Below, in pieces: positions 50,027 through 63,750 of a stretch of 64,000 nucleotides of DNA. Origin of the DNA: Balanoglossus misakiensis. Lineage: Eukaryota > Animalia > Hemichordata. Both the position numbers and the translations under genes were made by a program. The notes under the pieces were generated by a model. That model was not told the origin of the DNA and did not search any database. It saw nothing but the letters and a program-made list of their open reading frames with translations. The stretch covers positions 916,281 to 980,280 of the forward strand of contig CM082584.2 of NCBI GenBank assembly GCA_040954595.2, given 5' to 3'. The first letter of the stretch is position 1. The number at the start of each line of letters is the position of its first letter.

Positions 50027-53000
50027 TAGCTCTGCATGGCCTGGTTAATCAATGTTGACGCAAAGGTTGACCCTACCAAACACTCAAAATTAATGGGCAC
50101 GACACTGGCCACTAGCTCTGCATGGCCTGGTTAATCAATGTTGACGCAAAGGTTGACCCCACCAAACACTCAAAATTGATGGGCACGACACTGGCCACTA
50201 GCTCTGCATGGCCTGGTTAATCAATGTTGACGCAAAGGTTGACCCCACCAAACACTCAAAATTGATGGGCACGACACTGGCCACTAGCTCTGCATGGCCT
50301 GGTTAATCAATGTTGACGCAAAGGTTGACCCCACCAAACACTCAAAATTGATGGGCACGACACTGGCCACTAGCTCTGCATGGCCTGGTTAATCAATGTT
50401 GACGCAAAGGTTGACCCCACCAAACACTCAAAATTGATGGGCACGACACTGGCCACTAGCTCTGCATGGCCTGGTTAATCAATGTTGACGCAAAGGTTGA
50501 CCCCACCAAACACTCAAAATTAATGGGCACGACACTGGCCACTAGCTCTGCATGGCCTGGTTAATCAATGTTGACGCAAAGGTTGACCCCACCAAACACT
50601 CAAAATTGATGGGCACGACACTGGCCACTACAATGTAGCTCTGCATGGCCTGGTTAATCAATGTTGACGCAAAGGTTGACCCAACCAAACACTCAAAATT
50701 GATGGGCACGACACTGGCCACTAGCTCTGCATGGCCTGGTTAATCAATGTTGACGCAAAGGTTGACCCCACCAAACACTCAAAATTGATGGGCACGACAC
50801 TGGCCACTAGCTCTGCATGGCCTGGTTAATCAAGGTTGACGCAAAGGTTGACCCCTCCAAACACTCAAAATTGATGGGCACGACACTGGCCACTAGCTCT
50901 GCATGGCCTGGTTAATCAAGGTTGACGCAAAGGTTGACCCCACCAAACACTCAAAATTGATGGGCACGACACTGGCCACTAGCTCTGCATGGCCTGGCTA
51001 ATCAAGGTTGACGCAAAGGTTGACCCCACCAAACACTCAAAATTGATGGGCACGACACTGGCCACTAGCTCTGCATGGCCTGGCTAATCAAGGTTGACGC
51101 AAAGGTTGACCCCACCAAACACTCAAAATTGATGGGCACGACACTGGCCACTAGCTCTGCATGGCCTGGCTAATCAAGGTTGACGCAAAGGTTGACCCCA
51201 CCAAACACTCAAAATTGATGGGCACGCCACTGGCCCCTAGCTCTGCATGGCCTGGCTAATCAAGGTTGACGCAAAGGTTGACCCCACCAAACACTCAAAA
51301 TTAATGGGCGCGACACTAGCCACTAGCTCTGGCCTGGCTAATCAATGTTGATGCAAGGGTTGACCCCACCAAACACTCAAAATTGATGGGCACGACACTG
51401 GCCACTAGCTCTGGCCTGGCTAATCAAGGTTGACGCAAAGGTTGACCCCACCAAACACTCAAAATTGATGGGCACGACACTGGCCACTAGCTCTGGCCTG
51501 GCTAATCAAGGTTGACGCAAGGGTTGACCCCACCAAACACTCAAAATTAATGGGCGCAACACTGGCCACTAAGCTCTGGCCTGGCTAATCAATGTTGACG
51601 CAAGGGTTGACCCCACCAAACACTCATAATTGATGGGCACGACACTGGCCACTAGCTCTGGCCTGGCTAATCAATGTTGACGCAAGGGTTGACCCCACCA
51701 AACACTCAAAATTGATGGGCACGACACTGGCCACTAAGCTCTGGCCTGGCTAATCAAGGTTGACGCAAGGGTTGACCCCACCAAACACTCATAATTGATG
51801 GGCACGACACTGGCCACTAGCTCTGGCCTGGCTAATCAAGGTTGACGCAAGGGTTGACCCCACCAAACACTCAAAATTGATGGGCACGACACTGGCCACT
51901 AGCTCTGGCCTAGCTAATCAATGTTGACGCAAGGGTTGACCCCACCAAACACTCAAAATTGATGGGCACGACACTGGCCACTAGCTCTGGCCTGGCTAAT
52001 CCAGGTTGACGCAAGGGTTGACCCCACCAAACACTCAAAATTAATGGGCGCGACACTGGCCACTAAGCTCTGGCCTGGCTAATCAAGGTTGACGCAAGGG
52101 TTGACCCCACCAAACACTCAAAATTGATGGGCACGACACTGGCCACTAAGCTCTGGCCTGGTTAATCAATGTTGACGCAAAGGTTGACCCCACCAAACAC
52201 TCAAAATTAATGGGAACGACACTGGCCACTAGCTCTGCATGGCCTGGTTTATCAATGTTGACGCAAAGGTTGACCCCACCAAACACTCAAAATTAATGGG
52301 CACGACACTGGCCACTAGCTCTGCATGGCCTGGTTAATCAATGTTGACGCAAAGGTTGACCCCACCAAACACTCAAAATTAATGGGCACGACACTGGCCA
52401 CTAGCTCTGCATGGCCTGGTTAATCAATGTTGACGCAAAGGTTGACCCCACCAAACACTCAAAATTAATGGGCACGACACTGGCTACTAGCTCTGCATGG
52501 CATGGTTAATCAATGTTGACGCAAAGGTTGACCCCACCAAACACTCAAAATTGATGGGCACGACACTGGCCACTAGCTCTGCATGGCCTGGTTAATCAAG
52601 GTTGACGCAAAGGTTGACCCCTCCAAACACTCAAAATTGATGGGCACGACACTGGCCACTAGCTCTGCATGGCCTGGTTAATCAAGGTTGACGCAAAGGT
52701 TGACCCCACCAAACACTCAAAATTGATGGGCACGACACTGGCCACTAGCTCTGCATGGCCTGGCTAATCAAGGTTGACGCAAAGGTTGACCCCACCAAAC
52801 ACTCAAAATTGATGGGCACGACACTGGCCACTAGCTCTGCATGGCCTGGCTAATCAAGGTTGACGCAAAGGTTGACCCCACCAAACACTCAAAATTGATG
52901 GGCACGACACTGGCCACTAGCTCTGCATGGCCTGGCTAATCAAGGTTGACGCAAAGGTTGACCCCACCAAACACTCAAAATTGATGGGCACGCCACTGGC

Positions 53001-54597
53001 CCCTAGCTCTGCATGGCCTGGCTAATCAAGGTTGACGCAAAGGTTGACCCCACCAAACACTCAAAATTAATGGGCGCGACACTAGCCACTAGCTCTGGCC
53101 TGGCTAATCAATGTTGATGCAAGGGTTGACCCCACCAAACACTCAAAATTGATGGGCACGACACTGGCCACTAGCTCTGGCCTGGCTAATCAAGGTTGAC
53201 GCAAAGGTTGACCCCACCAAACACTCAAAATTGATGGGCACGACACTGGCCACTAGCTCTGGCCTGGCTAATCAAGGTTGACGCAAGGGTTGACCCCACC
53301 AAACACTCAAAATTAATGGGCGCAACACTGGCCACTAAGCTCTGGCCTGGCTAATCAAGGTTGACGCAAGGGTTGACCCCACCAAACACTCATAATTGAT
53401 GGGCACGACACTGGCCACTAGCTCTGGCCTGGCTAATCAATGTTGACGCAAGGGTTGACCCCACCAAACACTCAAAATTGATGGGCACGACACTGGCCAC
53501 TAAGCTCTGGCCTGGCTAATCAAGGTTGACGCAAGGGTTGACCCCACCAAACACTCATAATTGATGGGCACGACACTGGCCACTAGCTCTGGCCTGGCTA
53601 ATCAAGGTTGACGCAAGGGTTGACCCCACCAAACACTCAAAATTGATGGGCACGACACTGGCCACTAGCTCTGGCCTAGCTAATCAATGTTGACGCAAGG
53701 GTTGACCCCACCAAACACTCAAAATTGATGGGCACGACACTGGCCACTAGCTCTGGCCTGGCTAATCCAGGTTGACGCAAGGGTTGACCCCACCAAACAC
53801 TCAAAATTAATGGGCGCGACACTGGCCACTAAGCTCTGGCCTGGCTAATCAAGGTTGACGCAAGGGTTGACCCCACCAAACACTCAAAATTGATGGGCAC
53901 GACACTGGCCACTAAGCTCTGGCCTGGTTAATCAATGTTGACGCAAAGGTTGACCCCACCAAACACTCAAAATTAATGGGAACGACACTGGCCACTAGCT
54001 CTGCATGGCCTGGTTTATCAATGTTGACGCAAAGGTTGACCCCACCAAACACTCAAAATTAATGGGCACGACACTGGCCACTAGCTCTGCATGGCCTGGT
54101 TAATCAATGTTGACGCAAAGGTTGACCCCACCAAACACTCAAAATTAATGGGCACGACACTGGCCACTAGCTCTGCATGGCCTGGTTAATCAATGTTGAC
54201 GCAAAGGTTGACCCCACCAAACACTCAAAATTAATGGGCACGACACTGGCTACTAGCTCTGCATGGCATGGTTAATCAATGTTGACGCAAAGGTTGACCC
54301 CACCAAACACTCAAAATTAATGGGCACGACACTGGCCACTAGCTCTGCATGGCCTGGTTAATCAATGTTGACGCAAAGGTTGACCCCACCAAACACTCAA
54401 AATTAATGGGCACGACACTGGCCACTAGCTCTGCATGGCCTGGTTAATCAATGTTGACGCAAAGGTTGACCCCACCAAACACTCAAAATTAATGGGCACG
54501 ACACTGGCCACTAGCTCTGCATGGCCTGGTTAATCAATGTTGACGCAAAGGTTGACCCCACCAAACACTCAAAATTAATGGGCACGACACTGGCCAC
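50027..54597. repeat. Satellite array, 54 units of 86/82/83 bp, including two 1766-bp higher-order repeats
   Basis: Unit TAGCTCTG(CATG)GCCTGGTTAATCAATGTTGACGCAAAGGTTGACCCCACCAAACACTCAAAATTGATGGGCACGACACTGGCCAC; rare variants recur 1766 bp apart. Confidence 0.98.
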
Positions 54598-54607
54598 TAC
54601 ATGTATT

Positions 54608-55444
54608 TGTGATATTTTACATGGTTAACCACGTCTTGAGAAAAGTAATTATAAGAGAACTTTGTTTCCAAAGTTAGGGGAGAATAATCTAACGGGAGAT
54701 GGGAGTACCTCAGGCTACTGAGCTCGTTCCCTTCCTCATGTACTTTACTGGGCGTATTTGATGTACTATAATAATTCCGGACAATAAATGAACGTAAATC
54801 AGATACGTTTCTCCGTGGATCACGGTTCTCGTCAGAGCCCGTTACCTCATCGCTACAGATTCCCCGATGCATGAACAATCATGAGAAACCAGCGGTAATA
54901 CAAGTGTCACGATTGAGTTTTAACGATCATAGATCTTGTTTATGATTACGTATGAAGTCATTCACTTATATGGTTTTAGTCCAGTATTGACATTGGTACT
55001 TGACCCAGAGTAAACAAGATTGTGTAATTGATACATGTCAGAACGAGATAGAGATATCACGCGCTAAGTTCATGTTTAAGAAATATCAAGATGACGTGTT
55101 CCTTTTATGACTTAATACTTGACTAACGTATTAATAAGGTGTGGTGAAATTTGAGATCACACATTTATCACCGGAGATCCGTGATGGGAGTCAACGAGCA
55201 TGGATCGAGTCGTGTAATTCTTACGTGTGACCAGTAATAAACCAGAACTTTGTGTTACTCGGAAAACTTCTTGCAAGTCTCTGTCTACGAAAGGTTTACG
55301 ATCTGCCGGGTACCTCTCTCGGACTTTATGAATATGTTGGGTGGAGAAGGAGATGGAGAGAATGTACGCCGTCAGCTTTCGGACGTGGCTGATTCCCCAC
55401 AGAAGCCGATGAGGTAAACGTCCGGAGGACGACCGGCCGTAACA
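54608..55444 (+). mobile_element. Possible solo LTR
   Basis: CpG-richer block starting TGTGAT and ending GTAACA, AATAAA at ~55235, abutting a LINE fragment; no TSD found. Confidence 0.4.
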
Positions 55445-55780
55445 ACAAACTGCATGAATTAAAGTTCAACAATCCTTAGAAGACAGGAACGTCAGAGGTT
55501 GAATCTTGATGGGAAAAGGCGAGGTATCGCTGGTTATCATCCGCGTACTGATGAAATTGTAGGATGTGGGGACGAATCGGTTTACTATAAAGTGGGGCTA
55601 TATAAATGGTGAACAACAGAGGGGCAGTGGCACCCCATATACGAGAGGTGACTGTGAACTTGCAGTGTTTTCGATGATTACAGTTTGATATCTATATTGA
55701 AGGTAAGATGTAAACCATGTTAGTACTGTGTCTGAGATGCCAAGGTTCGATAGTCTACAAAGAAGTATCCCGTGATGCAA
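55445..55780 (-). mobile_element. Decayed CR1/L2-type LINE reverse transcriptase fragment
   Basis: HGILLCRLSNLGISDTVLTWFTSYL..YGVP, then after a frameshift FHQYADDNQRYL (~55520-55556). Confidence 0.88.
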
Positions 55781-57070
55781 ATGTACAACTGAAGAAAAAA
55801 GGAATCACAAATCTTAAAACTAAGATGCCGTTAAGAATTAAATTTCGCGAAAAGGAAGTGACGAAATACGTACATTTTCAGGTGCTCTACAACAAGTAGT
55901 CTCCCTATCATCCCTATTGGAGCATGCAGCTAAAATTTACCATGACGTCATTGATTCTACGCGAACGTTTTTCTAATGGCGATAAACATATTTTGTATAA
56001 ATTGTGCTCAAACGCCCGTGAATCTCACTCGCAAAAATTCACAAGTGGCGCATACAACACTAGGAAGAAAATTGTTTAGCAGTCTATAGAGTTTGTGACC
56101 TGAGATTTGGAAGTAAAAGTTAAACTTAAAAGTTGAGACAGAAGTGATTGAAGAGTAAAGAAACTTTTGAAGTGTTAAGAAAGTTATCGCATTCCTGATG
56201 AAAAGAAAAGAAAATACAATACATTCATAGTTTTAAGGAACACAAGGAAGACAAGTACTATGCAATCAGAGTATGCATGGATCATTCATCTAAAAATATA
56301 TCTCCGCGTCTTTTGGCGGGTAAAAATAAAATGCTGGAACGGTCTTTTGGATGGCGGACTATTTGTGTCCTTCAAGTGGTCGAGTAGGTTTATTTCATTA
56401 AATTCTTATATTCTCAGTTGCTACCATAAATACCCAGTGTTCGTGTCGATGTATCTGGACGTCAGCACGATTCCATATAGGTACCTCTCAGTATTAGCCA
56501 AGCGAGTTATCCCCATCGATAGAGTTTAATTCCCCGTTACATTCCCAACACCAATCCTCCCGCTTGACATTGAGGTTGAAGGTATACAAACCTTAGGAAT
56601 CATGCAACCATCCAGAAAGTGTAATAAATTTTGAAGCTATGATGTGAGTTTTCAGTTCGTTTCTTCTTTTGATTTGTTGATGTAACATTGTGCGTTTTAA
56701 ATAAAAGATAAAAAAATGTACAGCAATGACGTCACAAAATTCACTGGTATTGATAAAGCTATATTATATCATATATTATATGTGTTAAATACTACCGTAT
56801 CTCATTATTGCAGTATTTCGTGCTTTAACACAAAATACGCGAATAGGGTTGAATACAAAACTAAATGACACAATTTCTGTTTCTTTGCCAAAATTCTTAA
56901 TCACAAGATCAGCCCATCCTTACGCCTCTACTCTATTGCTAAGAGAAACCAGCGTCCGTAACATGCATTGTGAAACCCCTCAACAACATGCATGTCAACA
57001 CTTCATTTTTTCTCCAGCATTGTCAGTTTGGTACCCTGACAACTCACGGGGCATCATGGGACAATATTAA

Positions 57071-57458
57071 AGCTGATTCAGTGTTTATGTGCATAAAACA
57101 CACGGCGGTGGAAACATTCGTTTTAAATTATTGTGGACGCGCGCACGCCCTTGTCTGTGTACAGGTACTTGATGCTTGTCTACAGTCACGTGAAACGCTG
57201 TTGGTAGTACCCTAGAAGATAGATATCTTTAATCAGAACTTTGGTAAGGAAGGTTTGAGAAGTCCATTCTATGTAAAGAAAGTTTAAGAAGTGTGTTACC
57301 AAAGGGTGTGGGGGTGGCTGGGGGTCATCAATATATCACTCTGCATCACGTTCACAGAAAAGGTCGCGACACGCCCACAAATCCACTCACGACTTGCGTC
57401 ACCGGTTACAGGAGTTCGTACAAAAGTGTGGTTTATGCACATTTACACTGAATCAGTT
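57071..57458. mobile_element. MITE with ~33-bp TIRs (Kolobok-like)
   Basis: TTAA|AGCTGATTCAGTGTTTATGTGCATAAAACACAC versus GTGTGGTTTATGCACATTTACACTGAATCAGTT; right TSD degenerate. Confidence 0.7.
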
Positions 57459-57764
57459 TTTTTGGCCCATGATGCCCATGGGCCAATACAGGCCACGATG
57501 CCTCCAGAATGATGATGGCAATGATGGTGATGATGATGATTGTGGTGGTGGTGGTGGTGGTGGTGATTGAGCTTTAATTTCCCTTTCTTCCTGTCTAACC
57601 ACTTCCTCTCTCACCTTCACTTATTCGGTCTCTCCCCTCCCCTTCTGTCAAAGTCCTCCCCTCATTCCCTTTCCATCCTGACATTCTCATTTCCGCCCTC
57701 TTGCTTTTCTTCTCCTTTCTCACATTCCTTTTCTCACCTCTCTCCCCCCTCCGTAACATGTTTA

Positions 57765-58073
57765 AGCAATAAAACACCCCCAGCCATGGTATATCACGAG
57801 ATTTTGACCAGTTCACGACATATACGCACGAGCGATAGCGAGTGCGTATATGGAGTTGAACTGGTCAAAATCGAGTGGTATACCATGGCTGGGGGTGTTT
57901 TATTGCTATTATATTATGCCAGTATATTGAAACTTTGCATAAAACATTTTAAAAAGGCATTTTCTTTAACTATGATATATGACTGTGGTATATGGCTAAT
58001 ATATCACGGTCACGTGTCGTGTCTCGACCAATCAAATAGCGTGATTTACACCATCAATATACTGGTATAATAT
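57765..58073. mobile_element. Double-palindrome non-autonomous element (Crypton-like architecture)
   Basis: Near-perfect 143-bp hairpin 57765-57907, then inverted pair ATATTATGCCAGTATATTGA (~57911) and TCAATATACTGGTATAATAT (~58054). Family call is from recall only. Confidence 0.6.
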
Positions 58074-58702
58074 AATATGTAATATATAAAGTAAAAAAGT
58101 CCAAAGCATGATGTTATCACAGATGACATTTGGAATGTATTATTGTACTATCTGGTTTAATTTCAAACATAGTGGAGTTATTTATTGGCCAGTATTTAAG
58201 CATGTTTAAAGAAGTCAAACAGCATAATAGGCACATTTCATATCAAACAAAATTGACCAAATAAGCTCAAAAGAGGATTTGAACAATTTGTCCCTTTAAG
58301 TAATGTTCAATATTGGATTTACACTTGTGATTGTATGTCATCTCCCTTTTGTTAGAAACCTCACAGTCATATAATAAACAGGTGACCTGACAATCATTTG
58401 AAATACCAAACTTCGGCAGCTATTTCAGTTTGGTCCAAAAACCTAATTTTAACTGGCACCTCAACTTTAGGACTATTATGGATGTTGCTGAAACTTGAAG
58501 TGGGCTGCTTGTGAAGAGGAAGACGTGAAGTGTCTCTCAGACAACGCTGCGCTCAGTCAGAGATAAAGTCAAAATATGGATTTGACTTGCAACAGTAATT
58601 TGTTAGTTAAGTCAAATTCAACTTAAATATGTCTCTTTGGGTCAGTCATAACGGGTGTAGCATGCTGGAAGGGTGTGCTTACCCATTTCCGACACCTAGT
58701 AC

Positions 58703-59143
58703 CACAGGGGCTGCAAACATGAAAGTTATAAATGGCGAAGTACGTTCCATTCTGCGCTTTCCCAACCTGTCTTATCATTTGCTAATCCAGAATAAAAGCT
58801 ATCCATTTCCCATTGCTAACGACTTAATCTGTGTGCCCCATCCATGGATTAAGTTAATAAAGTAAACATCGGTCAGCGAGTACTGGGTATTCTCTTACCA
58901 AGTGAGAACTGACCGATGTTTACTTAATCCACTAAATCCGTGGATGGGGCACACAGATTAAGTCGTTAGCAGGTGCTTAATGGGAAATGCAATAGTTTGT
59001 ATTCTGGATTAGCAACTGCTAAGACAGGTGGAGGTAACACAGAAAAATAAACAAGCACAAAGACTGTTCATCAATTAATGTTTATTGGGGGAAAATGCAG
59101 GAACTCCGCCTTTTATAACTTTCATGTTTGCAGCCCCCCTGTG
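58703..59143. mobile_element. Foldback MITE
   Basis: CACAGGGGCTGCAAACATGAAAGTTATAAA versus TTTATAACTTTCATGTTTGCAGCCCCCCTGTG, pairing inward to TAAACATCGGTCAG/CTGACCGATGTTTA around 58890. Confidence 0.85.
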
Positions 59144-60782
59144 CGAGTACTACCACTTAGCAGTGGTTCAAGATGATCCTGTTGAAATTGTAAGTTTTTC
59201 TCTTATTTCTTTTTTGAACCTGGACCTGGTAATTAGCTTAGCTTGAGTAATATTGATTATTGGACCTGGTTTGATGTCTTATTATAACAACTACAGAAGA
59301 ATCTCTGGACACAGTGAAATACACTCCAGGGTTATGGTAATGACTGACAAATTGTCAGTTTAAAAAAGTAGACAAAGAACTCAGTTAAATATTATAATAA
59401 AAATTTGCTTTTAATATAAGGAAAAGGTACAATTGATATACTTGTAATTAAAACATAAATATAATGATGAAATTCTTCAACTGTTCTGTAGTTGCACCAG
59501 TATTTGTATAAGCTAAAAATGTTGACTTCTGGCAGGACAACTCAAACAGATATTAAACTTATTTATAGTACTTCCACTTCATGACTTTGTTCAAAAATTT
59601 CCCAAACTTATTTCATTGTTGATGAGTTGTCACCTCCGAACAACACAAAAAGGAACAGTTTGTATAAAAAAGTAATTTTGCATGAATCTTAAACATACAT
59701 GCACAAGTTGAGTGAATAACACAATATAATCATATTCTACAATGAATTACAATATCAAGATTAAGGGTTTCACATATGACATTACATTGCTACATTTTAT
59801 ATACATGAATTTAATTTGAAAAATTTCCATTGATCTATAACACCATGAATAATATAAAAATATGCGAATAAATACTTTGAATTATTATATATACATGTCA
59901 GGTCTCAAAGTGAGTAACTATATTTCCATTCACCTATGAACTGGTTATTAACCAAATGAAATGATAGGATCTTTTATTTTGAGGATCTTATAATTGTGAT
60001 CATACACATCCATATTCCAAAATTCGCATGCCAAACAAATATCAGATTTATACGGCCAGTTGTAAAGACAGTACAAGGGGCAAAAAAAATGACAATAGTT
60101 AATCATCATCTCCCTTCTTTTACAGTCTTGGAGAATGGTGACGGTTGAAGTCAAATTAAAGAAAAATATCAAGAAAAATATCAAAATTTGAAGCACTAAT
60201 TCAGGAGGATATATATCATCGGGAGGTAGTCACTGAATATATTGAGAGAAATAATTCATAATCTATGCATTTGGATGAAAAGACCTTCTATCTGATCAAG
60301 TTAAGGATAAATGCTGCCTTGTATGAATACAGAAGCAAGTCAGCATGCAAAGGGAGAGCTGAATTGGTACACTGTTAAATTTGTCCTCCAAATTCAACAA
60401 AAATATGTTGTTGTTTAGGAATTCTCGTATTATCATATCTTTTTCATTACACAATACCTTATAATAAGTCATAACAAATTTTTAAGGAAAATTCTTTAAA
60501 ATATGTAAAATATATAGCCTTATAACCAACATACTTTAAAGATGATTATTTATGATCATTTCATTCAGATGTTGCTAAGAGTGTAATAATAAAGATCTGT
60601 TTCACTCCAACCAATTTAATGTGCGCTTATCACAGTACTGTCGTCTGACAAAGCATAACTATTATTGTTATCATTTATGGGATTATACCAAGCTTATCAC
60701 AGTACTGTGTCAACTCACAAAATGAAAACCATTCTAGTTATCATTTGAATTATACCATACATGTACACACAGAGATGGCACA

Positions 60783-63750
60783 TTAGAAGTATCTGTCTCC
60801 GTGACTCTCATGAAATAGTTCATTTCTACTCTTAAGAGGCCTTGGTCTCCATTCCTCACTTCCACTGGCACTACCACTGTCACCACTATACATGGGATTG
60901 TAGTGATAGATTTCTCTGAAGGCTTCCTCATCTTCCACACTTTTCCCTGCCTTGCTATCAACATCATCTGTATCATCAAACCAATGGATATCCATAGTTG
61001 CCTCTTGTTCTTCCCAGCCTGGATGTTTCTTTCCTCCAAGAGCACACCTGAATGTCAAATAGTTGAACATCATCAATGTGGGATTTGTTGTGATGTTGTT
61101 ACTACTGTAGAATAACGCAGGTGGTTGTTGGACACTTTGCGGTCTGGTCGCGTGACTTTGCCTTGTTAGCCGCCATGCATGTTGAACGCGAATTATACCA
61201 TGATGCACTGCAGTTACCCTATACGCGAATAGGTCTATGCATGAACTCTTTGAATAAATTTGCTTCCACGATACAGATGTGATTATTTTTCACGTTGCCT
61301 CATGCATGTATGGAAAGATACAGGTAAATTCCCAGTTTTCTGATGGGCAACATTTCTACAGCTGTCTCGATTCTACTCTGGTAGTACTAAATAACTTACC
61401 GTTGGTACATGAGTAACATTATTACACCAAGCACTAACACAGCCGCTAAACCTCCCGCAACACCACCAATGATGACAGCTGTGTCAACGGAGGAATCTGT
61501 AAGAGTTTAAATATTTCTATTTGTCACGGGGGCGATATGCTACGATAAAAGCAAGACAACCATTCATTATGATGCTTAACTATTGTAAAATGGTTAGTTG
61601 ACCAAAAATCTAGTTATACTGCAGATGTTGCAGTTTCACCATTTTCACAAATATTTTCAAGACAACGTAAACTGTAATCATGTAGATCAAACAAATGTGT
61701 AAACTTTAGTGAATATTGTTTTTCAACCTTGAGTTATTAAAAGACAAAGAAATGTATACACACCTTTAACTTGCATTGGTATTCTCTGGCGGCAAGTTTC
61801 ACCTTGATATTCATCAGTACATTCACAAACAGGATTGCCATCACTGTCCTTGATGCAAACAGCATTGTTTGAGCAGAACCCTTCACATTTATCTAGACAC
61901 AAGAATAAAATCACATCACATTATTCTACCTGACGAACCATTTGTATTAGACAAGAACTAAACCCACTTGCAGATTCATTTCTTACAAACGGAATGGAAG
62001 TTGTGTGCTGTCGAACGTTGATTCACTATATATCCACATGTACCGGGTGAATAACATAAACAGTGTCTTGTATCAAACATAATTAATGGAAAAAGGGCAG
62101 CAAGAGAGATACTAAATCAACAGTAGTTTCTACGTTTTAGCTGTACATATTTCTGTTGACATTTCAGTTGTAGATAGTTACATACCTGTACAAGTTATTC
62201 CATCACCAGTGAAACCAGTTTTGCAAGTGCATTCATATCCTGGTACAAGATTCCTGCAAGTGGCATTTGGGTGACAGTCATCCAGACCAAGACGACATTC
62301 ATGTGCATCTAGAAAACAAAAATTCTTGCAATGTCTTTAACTGACCACCAAATAAAACTATGGGATCTTCATACATATCACCAGTTAAAGGTATACGGTC
62401 ACCTATGGAAAATTAGCTATAGTTACCATGGCAAAAGGAGATCTAGCCAATCACAGATTTTCAGTGGGTGGCACATGCAAAAAAGAGCGCCACCATATGT
62501 TCTTTAGAACTCTCATATACTCCATTTCAGCCATATATGGGCGTTTGTAAATTGGAGGTGACTGTATACCTTTAAGTTAGATGACTACCCAGATGCAGTG
62601 CATGGTTATCACATTCCATAGCCTAACATGTAGAATTCTGAGAAAACAGTATTACAATATTGTTATTTCCGTGAAATTTTCAGAAAAGGTGTTAAAAGAG
62701 GAGCATTATTAAATTATATAAAAATATTGGATCACACAACATATCAAATGATACTCTAAATAAAGAGGAAAATTTCTTATAATGAAGTGTTTGTGTCAGA
62801 TTGAACAGTTAAGGTTGATCTCCACAAGCACTTCATGCATGTTATCAGTTCTATGATTATGAAAAATTTATTCCTACCATCACATTCTGTTTCATATAGG
62901 GCACCCTCTCTGCCTGTAGTGTAGCCAGTTGGGCATGGTTGACAAGCATCCTGGTTGAATTCAAAGTTATATGTTCCAACAGGGCATTTCTCACATCTAT
63001 AGGACTCCTGATTCAAGTACCAACCAACATTGCAGGAAGCTGTAGATGGAATGGAAAAAGAGCATAGAATAAAATTGGAGGACTATCATTATTTTGAACA
63101 ACTGAGGCACAATAATACAACCTTCAGTTCAGTACAGTTGAGATACAACATGAAAAGTTGTATACATAATACTTACAAACATTACAATCTTCACTTAAGG
63201 TTGAACCGACTGTTCTTGTGGTGAAGCCAAATGGGCACGGCATACAAGATGGCTGAAGTTCAGCATTTGATCGATAGGTTCCCATGGGACACGACTCACA
63301 AGACCCATTGACACTAAGTTGGACTCCCACTGATTTACATACCTCTGTAATTGAGAAGATTAATTTTTTGATATTCACGATTATCTGCTTTTCACTCACG
63401 TGAATTTGTTAAACTGTTGAATATGTTACATATCTGGCGGTTCTAAAGTAAAAACCTACTCGGAAAAAAGTTTACTGGATGCCGAAATATTGCTTGCCTG
63501 TCACTTACAAATGATAACGCCATGGGTACGTCAAATGGCCAGATCATGTGATTGATAGTCAAGAATAGCAAATAACACAAGTACCTACCCTGACATTGTG
63601 ACTCATCAGTAGCTCCTTCAACTAATGTAAGCATTCCCTTTGGGCAAGTATTACACACAAACTTTCCTTCTTCTGATTGCCAGAATCCAATGGGGCAGCT
63701 TTGGCACTGAGAAGTCCCGTTGTCAAAGTAGTGACCAACATCGCACCTCT
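60783..63750 (-). CDS. 3' part of a single-pass membrane protein: 3 GCC2/GCC3 (ephrin-receptor-like) repeats, cbEGF, EGF, TM, NPxY tail; exons 63750-63589, 63344-63177, 63039-62878, 62308-62186, 61892-61764, 61496-61400, 61047-60783
   Basis: All introns GT-AG with compatible phases (1,1,1,1,1,2); CQSCPIGFWQ, CESCPMGTYR, CEKCPVGTYN; DAHECRLGLDDCHPNATCRN; TM VIIGGVAGGLAAVLVLGVIMLLMY; tail YHYNPMY; gene continues beyond the window. Confidence 0.93.
62389..62571. mobile_element. Intronic Kolobok-like MITE with TTAA TSD
   Basis: TTAA|AGGTATACGGTCACCT ... AGGTGACTGTATACCT|TTAA. Confidence 0.88.

Noticed and set aside
50027-54597. CRISPR array
   Set aside because: No unique spacers, whole units repeat, no cas genes, eukaryotic context.
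55375-55430. Hammerhead ribozyme in the LTR-like block
   Set aside because: Stem CGGACGT/ACGTCCG is present but CUGANGA and GAAA cores are not intact.
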